In this document: piece by piece, positions 58,901-64,000 of the stretch | Layout of the letters: each line of letters begins with the position of its first letter | Numbering within the stretch: the stretch's first letter is position 1 | Origin: an uncultured bacterium | GTDB lineage: Bacteria > JACRDZ01 | Reading direction: 5' to 3' | Assembly: GCA_964457585.1 (NCBI GenBank) | Contig: CAYWFU010000007.1 | Span: forward strand, 5,275 to 69,274 | Length of the DNA stretch: 64,000 bases | Position numbers and translations under genes: made by a program | The notes under the pieces: generated by a model | The model's input: only the letters and a program-made list of their open reading frames with translations | What the model was told of the DNA's origin: nothing | Database searches by the model: none

Positions 58901-60120
58901 ATTGGTTCTGAAAATAGCGCAGAAATATTTGTACTGAACGATATATCAATAGCTTTATTTTCTGGACTTGTTTGTATGATTTGAGGTGGAATAGTATCAG
59001 TAATCAAACCTATTGTAAATGACCATTTATAGTTTTCTATTAATGTATTACCTGATAAATCTTTTATATTTTTTGAAATAATAGCAGTATATACTACACC
59101 GGGAATAAGGTCATTTTCAGGTATGAAAGTTATTGTTGTTCCATAATATTTAACTGTCCCTTTAATTGGAAGAAAATCAATATTACTAATAACCTGAAAT
59201 ACATCATTGGTAATTGTCGATACATCTATTTGTTCTGTAAAAATTGCTACAATGTTCGTGCTAATTGGTACATTAATAGCGTCTTTTTCAGGAGTTGTTA
59301 ATGTTATTTTGAGTGGTACGATATCAATATTTAAACCTGTTGTAAATGACCATGAATATGATTCTAAAAGTGAATTACCAGATAAATCTTTTATTTCCGT
59401 TGTAAGAGTTGCTGTATATTGTGTATTATAAGACATATTATTTTGGGGAATGAATGTCGCTGTATTTTCATTGTATATAATTTCTCCTGAAATAGTGGCG
59501 CTGCCTGATATATTTACTATTTTAAATGTTTCTGAATTAAGTGTTGTTTTATCTATTGGTTCAGAAAACATTACAGTAATTTTTGTGTTCAAAGGGACAT
59601 CAACTGTACCATTTAATGGGTTTGTTAATATAATTTGCGGAGGAATAAGATCAGGAATAGAAACAGCGCCGGTGGTAAATTTAAAAATATAATCAGATTT
59701 TAAATAATTTCCTGATTTATCTTTTATTTTTGAAGTTATTGTAACAGAATACTGTGTAGCAGGAGTTAATTCAGGATTTGATGCAAATTCAGCAATTGTA
59801 TTACTATATATAATTTCTCCCTGAACAAATGATGAATCTGATAAATTCATCACTTTAAATGTATCAGAAGTGATGGTTGTTGAATCAATTGATTCAGAAA
59901 ATGTTATAGTTATTTTAGTATTAATAGGTATATCTGTTGAATTATCTGCCGGGCTTGTTGCTATTATATAAGGAGCTGTGGTATCGAGTAAAGGTTTAAT
60001 TGAATCTGTGTGTTTTTTAGATTTGGATTTTCCAATGCATGAAAAAGCAAAAATAAAAAAAATAATAAATAGAATATTGATAATTTTATACAAAAATTTA
60101 AAATTATAATTTGGTATCAT
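55945..60120 (-). CDS. large secreted/surface protein: signal-anchor + 6 tandem SbsA-type Ig-like (Big_5) repeats + 14-blade RCC1-like beta-propeller
   Basis: N-terminal hydrophobic IINILFIIFFIFAFSCIG. Six ~108-aa repeats (T.PP.IISTTPEN.AINI....I.A.FSEPID.STI...TF.V.......GT..Y.GTT.TFIP...L.....YT.TIT..IKDLSGN.L...Y.W.FTTG). Then 14 repeats of LW[AG]WG.N.[FY]GQLG.G. Confidence 0.85.
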   Translation of the reverse strand: MIPNYNFKFLYKIINILFIIFFIFAFSCIGKSKSKKHTDSIKPLLDTTAPYIIATSPADNSTDIPINTKITITFSESIDSTTITSDTFKVMNLSDSSFVQGEIIYSNTIAEFASNPELTPATQYSVTITSKIKDKSGNYLKSDYIFKFTTGAVSIPDLIPPQIILTNPLNGTVDVPLNTKITVMFSEPIDKTTLNSETFKIVNISGSATISGEIIYNENTATFIPQNNMSYNTQYTATLTTEIKDLSGNSLLESYSWSFTTGLNIDIVPLKITLTTPEKDAINVPISTNIVAIFTEQIDVSTITNDVFQVISNIDFLPIKGTVKYYGTTITFIPENDLIPGVVYTAIISKNIKDLSGNTLIENYKWSFTIGLITDTIPPQIIQTSPENKAIDISFSTNISALFSEPMDISTISSETFQIIKNIDNYPVAGIIMYNGTTLTFIPEENFEADTIYTAAITAKVKDLSGNEMGTDYVWSFTTGSISDTTPPEVISTTPESGDSNLPFNTRITATFSESINISTITTATFQIKRDIDNALTIGTVTYSGTTATFISNEDLIPDSKYIVTITTDIKDLSENNLKTAYIFTFNTGRIKDTTPPEVISTTPENNAINIAIDSKIEAFFSEPIEVSTINKATFFVKDINNSVISGTIISNETSITFIPDTILTHSSKYTITITTRIKDLSGNSLNTDYSIKFNTERFILWEKISAGHYHILAIKSDSSLWGWGYNKDGQVNSYITEKINKVSLLDNIYDWIEISAGEAYTIVIKSDNTLWAWGDNEFGQLGNVSEMSRLEPVQIGNDKWIKISAGETHTIAIKSDSTLWAWGNNQYSQLGDGTRINRNIPTKISTSPDWRTISTGKKHSAAIKSDNTLWMWGTNEYGQLGDGTNIEKNKPAKVNAAGKWAAVSLGEYHSIALKSDSTIWAWGNNEFGQLGIGTNENKNSPVQIGTDSNWIVISAGIYHTVALKSDGTIWAWGNNEFGQLGDNSTINKKIPTKIDDNNNWISIYAGGYYTIALKSDKSLWAWGDNRYGQMADKTKNIPNLINFDYNWKAIYAGGYHTILLKMDNTLWVSGNNLYGQMGNNTGKNLNNLTLFNTESDWQTISTGVYNILALKSDKTLWAWGDNEFGQLGDGTNENSDTPIKTGINEWESTFSGWYHSLAIKTDGTLWAWGNNSYGQLGEGSFVNKNLPVMVGIDNKWSIISAGEYHTIAIKSDSSLWAWGNNEFGQLGINNHEDSNSPVQIGDNNWTAISAGGNYTLALKSDGTLWAWGKNLYGQLGDNTNEDNASPIQINADNDWIAISAGREHSLALKSDGTLWAWGYNWYGQLGNDSIEGKNIPIQINNDNNWIAISAGAYHSLALKSDGSVWSWGYNGFGQLGNGSAWKEIPVQIKE
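55948..58020. repeat. 14 ~150-bp degenerate tandem coding repeats (RCC1 blades)
   Basis: Recurrent ccatgcccataatgt / ccaagcccagattgt / attattcccccatgccca segments on the + strand every ~150 bp (the reverse complement of WAWGNNE...). Confidence 0.7.
58020..59985. repeat. six ~325-bp degenerate tandem coding repeats (Big_5/SbsA Ig-like modules) inside the 55945..60120 gene
   Basis: Protein-level periodicity mapped back to DNA. Generates a ladder of out-of-frame ORFs on the + strand (58145, 59207, 59450 ...). Confidence 0.7.
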
Positions 60121-60252
60121 ATATAAAATTATACGTTATTATTATGTATAACTCAAGTTAGGCTGCTTTCGGCATTTTTTGAGCAAATAGTAATTGACAT
60201 TTTTTTCAAATACTTTATACTTTCATAGTTCAATATTTTAGAGGATTAATAA

Positions 60253-61803
60253 ATGAGAAAATATCTTCAACACATTTTAGTTTTTGCTGGAATATTAATT
60301 TTTTTTGGATATATTCAATCTGTTGCAGAAAAGGTAGTATGCAACGATGTTTTTTTTCATATTAAATATAGTTTTCTTTTACGTAAAAATGGTCTAATCA
60401 GAGAACTTCCATGGCTGCAATATACAATAATGAAAGATGGCTGGGTTGATCATCATTTTTTATTTCATGTTTTTCTCATTCCTTTTACATTTTTTAGCAA
60501 TTTAATATGGGGTGCTAAATTTGCTGCAATTTTTTTTGCGAGCATAGCATGTTTTAGCTGTTATTTTTTAATGGTAAAATATCAAATAAAGTATTCAATA
60601 TTCTGGACCGCATGCCTTCTGGTCGGAAGCTGGTCATTTTTATTTCGCATGAATATGACCAGGGCGCAATCAATGGGCCTTACTTTTTTTATAATTTCAA
60701 TTGGTTTATTGTTAAGAAAGAAATATGCTGCGCTGGGAATTATATCATTCTTTTTTATGTGGCTTTATCAATTGTCAATTCTCTTGATTCCTATTGTTTT
60801 GATTGCGGTTATTATTGATTGGATACAGGGAAATAAATTTGACTATAAAATTTTATTGGTAACAATATCTGGACTTCTGTCCGGACTGATTATTAATCCA
60901 TATTTTCCGCAGAATGTTAAATTTTTTTATTTGCATGTATTTAAAACAGCATTAAATCTGGAACGGCTTAATGCAGGCGGTGAATGGCTGCCTTATGATT
61001 CATGGTTCCTTGTAATTACTAGTTTCCCTCCATTTGTATTATTTTTTACAACAATTTTTTTAGCTTTTATAAATAATCAAAAACTATCGCGTAGCACGGT
61101 AATTTTATTTACAATTACTATATTATTTTTTTTAATGTACACAAAATCGAAACGATTCATTGAATACTGGCCGCCATTTCCGATATTATTCAGCGCATTT
61201 GCTTTTAATGATTTTTTAGAAAATAATAGTTTTAAAGAAAAATTTGATTTCCTGAAAAAATTTATATATATTCCTTTAGGAATAATTTTAATTGTTTTAT
61301 TTATTATTAATATAAAAATAGCTCGTTCTGAAATCGATGGAGCGAATTATACTTATCGTTATCAAAAATCTGCCAGATGGCTTGAGCAAAATACTTCTGC
61401 AGGTGATATAATTTATACAACTGATTGGGATGATTTCCCTGAATTATTTTTTTTCAACTCAAAAAATTATTATATTGTTGGAATGGATCCTTCATGGATG
61501 TTTTATTATGATAAGAAACTTTATAAAGAATGGGATGATATTAATTTAGGAAGAGCCTGCGATCCGGATGTTATTTCAAAGAAATTTAAATCCAGATTTG
61601 TTTTTACTGATAATAAGCATGGCGGTTTTATAAATAATGCAATGACAAATGAAAGATTTAAACGGGTATATAGTGATGAGGAAGCATCGATTTTTGAAGT
61701 GCTCCCGCCTGATGTTAATAAAAATAAGAAAGCTTCAAAATTATCTAAAATGCCATTTAACATAAAAAATCTTATTCGGAGAAAATTTGGCGGCTTTTTA
61801 TGA
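60253..61803 (+). CDS. polytopic integral membrane protein, possible GT-C-fold (ArnT/PMT-like) glycosyltransferase
   Basis: About 11-13 TM helices with an early loop DGWVDHH and a large C-terminal soluble domain; topology like GT-C enzymes. No firm motif. Confidence 0.35.
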   Translation: MRKYLQHILVFAGILIFFGYIQSVAEKVVCNDVFFHIKYSFLLRKNGLIRELPWLQYTIMKDGWVDHHFLFHVFLIPFTFFSNLIWGAKFAAIFFASIACFSCYFLMVKYQIKYSIFWTACLLVGSWSFLFRMNMTRAQSMGLTFFIISIGLLLRKKYAALGIISFFFMWLYQLSILLIPIVLIAVIIDWIQGNKFDYKILLVTISGLLSGLIINPYFPQNVKFFYLHVFKTALNLERLNAGGEWLPYDSWFLVITSFPPFVLFFTTIFLAFINNQKLSRSTVILFTITILFFLMYTKSKRFIEYWPPFPILFSAFAFNDFLENNSFKEKFDFLKKFIYIPLGIILIVLFIINIKIARSEIDGANYTYRYQKSARWLEQNTSAGDIIYTTDWDDFPELFFFNSKNYYIVGMDPSWMFYYDKKLYKEWDDINLGRACDPDVISKKFKSRFVFTDNKHGGFINNAMTNERFKRVYSDEEASIFEVLPPDVNKNKKASKLSKMPFNIKNLIRRKFGGFL

Positions 61804-61928
61804 TGAATTATATTAAAGAAAAAAGGGTTTTATACCGATTTATTTAAGTATATCAGGAACAAAAATAGTAAATGAATAAATATTTACTCATCACTCATTG
61901 CTCATTGCTATCTTTTTATGGAGTATTT

Positions 61929-64000
61929 ATGATAAAAAAAACAGTAAATTTAAAATTAATTTTTCTTTTTGCAATATTTTTTTCTTTTATAGTTAATATT
62001 CACGCACAAAGTCTGGATGAAGATGAGCATTATCATATTGCGCTTAACGCTTTTACTGATCAATTATTTGATCTGGCATTAAATCAGTTTAATAAATTTA
62101 TTGAAAATTTTCCGGAAAGCAAAAAGATAGATAAAGCGCAATATTTAATAGCTGAATGTAATTATAAACTCGGAAAACTGGAAGATGCAATTATAAATTT
62201 TGAAAAACTGATAAATAAATATCCGCAGAGTGAATTCATTGAAGATGCTTATACTAGAATCGGAGAAGTATATTTCCTGCAAAAAAAATATGATAAAGTA
62301 ATTACGCAATATACTAATTTATTAATTTATAATCCCAGGAGTAAATACGCAGCTGATGCCCAGTACTGGATAGCCGAAGCATATTTTAACTTAAAGAATT
62401 ACAATAGAGCTATTCTGTATTATCAAAATATAATTACTAATTTTAATAAAAGCAAAAAGGTTCCATTTGCTTATTATTCAATTGGTTGGTGTTATTTTTT
62501 AGATAGTAAATTTGAAAATGCGATAAAAATGTTTCAGCAGGTTATAAAACAGTATTCCGAGATGCCTATAGTTGAATCATCCAGATATTATCTCGCAGAA
62601 TCATTTTTAAGAATTGGAGACAGCAATAATGCTATTATAGAGTTCAATCAATTTATTAAATCATATCCTGACAGTAAATTTATTGATAATGCATATTATT
62701 ATAGAAGTGAAGCATATTTCAGGCTTAAAGATTATACAAAAGCGCGCGAAGGGTATTATAATTTAAAAAATAAATTTCCTGACAGCCAGTGGTTTGATGA
62801 TGCGGCATATAATATTGGCCTTACTTATTATTATGAAAAAAATTATGATTTTGCGGTTGTAGAATTTTTAAATTTCACAAAAGAATTTCCAAAAAGCGAA
62901 TGGATTCAATATGCAGTTCAGAAAATCGCTCAGGTATATGAAGATACCAATAAATACGGAGATGCGGTAAAACGATATAACGAATTAATAAAAGGCAATA
63001 GCGAAAATGAAGTCAAAGATAATTTTTATTATGGAGTGGCATATGCTTATTTTAAATTAGGTTTATATGATTCCTCAATTAATGCCGCAAATAAAGTTGT
63101 TGCTGAATATAAAAATAGCAAATTGGTTTCGCCTTCTTTATATCTTGTGGGTGAAAATCTTTTTTCGCAAAAAAAATATATTGAAGCAATAAAAATTTAT
63201 GAAGAAGTTCTAAAGAGCAAAGCTCCATCAACTCTTGAAGCAGATGCTAAGTATAAAATAGCTCTCTCATATTTTTATTTAAAAGACTATAAAAAATCTT
63301 CTGAATTATTTGAAAATCTGCGTAAAATAAAAGAGTTTAAATCATATGATAAACTCGAATTCCTGATAGCTGAAAGCTATTATCAGCTTGGTCAGTATGA
63401 TATGGCTCTTGCAGTATATAAAAAAATAATTAAAGATTTTCCTGATAGTGAAATTATTAAAGAAGCTCAGTTTGGAGCAGCATGGGTGCATTTAAAAAAA
63501 GGCGATGATTTATTAGCGACACAAAATTTTGAAATTTTAGCAGAGAAATACAAGAATACCGATATTGGAAGTAAAGCAAATATTCAATTAGCAAAAATAT
63601 TTGCAGATAAGAAAAAATATAAGGAAGCAGTTAAATTTTATTCCAGTTTTGTAAAAAATTATCCTCAGCATCCTGAAGCCAGCGACATGCAATATCAGCT
63701 TGCCTGGTGTTATTATAATTTAGATAAATTTGCTGAAGCAAGAGCAGAGTTTAAAGTTTTGTTAAGCCAATATCCAAAAAGTTCCATAAAAGATAATGCG
63801 CAATATTGGCTTGCATGGTCATACTTTAGAGAAAATGATTTTAAAAATGCTATACAGGAATTTAAAAAAATAGAAATCGAGTATCTAAAAAGCAATTTGC
63901 TGATTGATTCGATTTTTCGTATAGGAGATGCATTTTATAATTTGCAGAATTATGATAAAGCAATAGAGAGCTATAGTGTTGTAATCAATAAATCTCCAGG
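61929..64000 (+). CDS. TPR-repeat protein with signal peptide (YbgF/BamD-like TPR_6 repeats), 3'-truncated by window edge
   Basis: Hand-translated frame open from ATG 61929 to the window end with no stop. N-terminal LIFLFAIFFSFIVNIHA signal. Many repeats of ...F..L...YP.S....A.Y.....Y... Confidence 0.8.
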   Translation, partial: MIKKTVNLKLIFLFAIFFSFIVNIHAQSLDEDEHYHIALNAFTDQLFDLALNQFNKFIENFPESKKIDKAQYLIAECNYKLGKLEDAIINFEKLINKYPQSEFIEDAYTRIGEVYFLQKKYDKVITQYTNLLIYNPRSKYAADAQYWIAEAYFNLKNYNRAILYYQNIITNFNKSKKVPFAYYSIGWCYFLDSKFENAIKMFQQVIKQYSEMPIVESSRYYLAESFLRIGDSNNAIIEFNQFIKSYPDSKFIDNAYYYRSEAYFRLKDYTKAREGYYNLKNKFPDSQWFDDAAYNIGLTYYYEKNYDFAVVEFLNFTKEFPKSEWIQYAVQKIAQVYEDTNKYGDAVKRYNELIKGNSENEVKDNFYYGVAYAYFKLGLYDSSINAANKVVAEYKNSKLVSPSLYLVGENLFSQKKYIEAIKIYEEVLKSKAPSTLEADAKYKIALSYFYLKDYKKSSELFENLRKIKEFKSYDKLEFLIAESYYQLGQYDMALAVYKKIIKDFPDSEIIKEAQFGAAWVHLKKGDDLLATQNFEILAEKYKNTDIGSKANIQLAKIFADKKKYKEAVKFYSSFVKNYPQHPEASDMQYQLAWCYYNLDKFAEARAEFKVLLSQYPKSSIKDNAQYWLAWSYFRENDFKNAIQEFKKIEIEYLKSNLLIDSIFRIGDAFYNLQNYDKAIESYSVVINKSP

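Noticed and set aside
56319-59692. Ladder of + strand ORFs (56319, 57111, 57449, 57561, 58145, 59207, 59450) with reiterated peptides such as AQIHYSPKPRL
   Set aside because: They are out-of-frame shadows of the degenerate tandem coding repeats (RCC1 blades and Big_5 modules) of the strongly supported 1391-aa minus-strand gene. They are not independent genes and not a CRISPR array (repeats are ~150/~325 bp, degenerate, no spacers).
61861-61910. agtaaat-gaataaat-atttact hairpin and tcattgctcattgct tandem heptamers upstream of the TPR gene
   Set aside because: Short and AT-rich; could be a weak regulatory hairpin, but it is indistinguishable from chance in this composition and unrelated to the TTGAGCA repeat family at 25.2 kb.
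63713-63895. 60-aa minus-strand ORF
   Set aside because: Inside the TPR-protein gene, whose frame I translated by hand and found open from 61929 to the window end.

Overview
AT-rich bacterial chromosomal fragment, roughly one-third G+C by eye. Positions 1-53957 form one large co-directional (+ strand) surface-glycan biosynthesis superlocus. Genes are tightly packed with many ATGA/TGATG overlaps, which suggests long operons. It opens with a 5'-truncated outer-membrane protein and a Wzz-type chain-length regulator. It closes with a WbaP-type initiating sugar-phosphotransferase followed by a rho-independent terminator. In between lie: (i) a complete pseudaminic-acid pathway (pseB-pseC-pseF ... 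pseG ... pseH-pseI) interleaved with a Pse-associated methylase, a WbuX/HisH/HisF-type amidotransferase triad interrupted by a radical SAM/SPASM gene, a formyltransferase-like gene and a PIG-L deacetylase; (ii) a second, non-canonical ulosonic-acid module, made of a short NeuB-like synthase, a DUF115(Maf/MptE-like)::KdsC-phosphatase fusion, a NeuA-like cytidylyltransferase, a class-III aminotransferase, an SDR and a TIM-barrel isomerase; (iii) a CDP-hexose module (rfbF, rfbG, cupin, two DegT aminotransferases); (iv) GT2/GT4 glycosyltransferases, a Wzy/ligase-like membrane protein, an MsbA-like ABC exporter and a UDP-GlcNAc 2-epimerase; (v) four SAM methyltransferases and, most unusually, four paralogous B12-binding radical SAM enzymes. 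Non-coding oddities include a ~360-bp MITE-like nested inverted-repeat element at 25.2 kb. An identical 28-bp hairpin is used twice as a terminator, at 27.0 kb and 53.96 kb. A perfect 25-bp inverted repeat with an SD-led mini-ORF lies at 46.3 kb. Downstream of the locus are a membrane coiled-coil protein, MazG, a 1391-aa secreted protein on the minus strand with six SbsA/Big_5 Ig-like repeats plus a 14-blade RCC1 propeller (a candidate S-layer/surface glycoprotein), a polytopic GT-C-like membrane protein and a 3'-truncated TPR protein. All functional calls are from motif and architecture recognition by eye; no database search was run.
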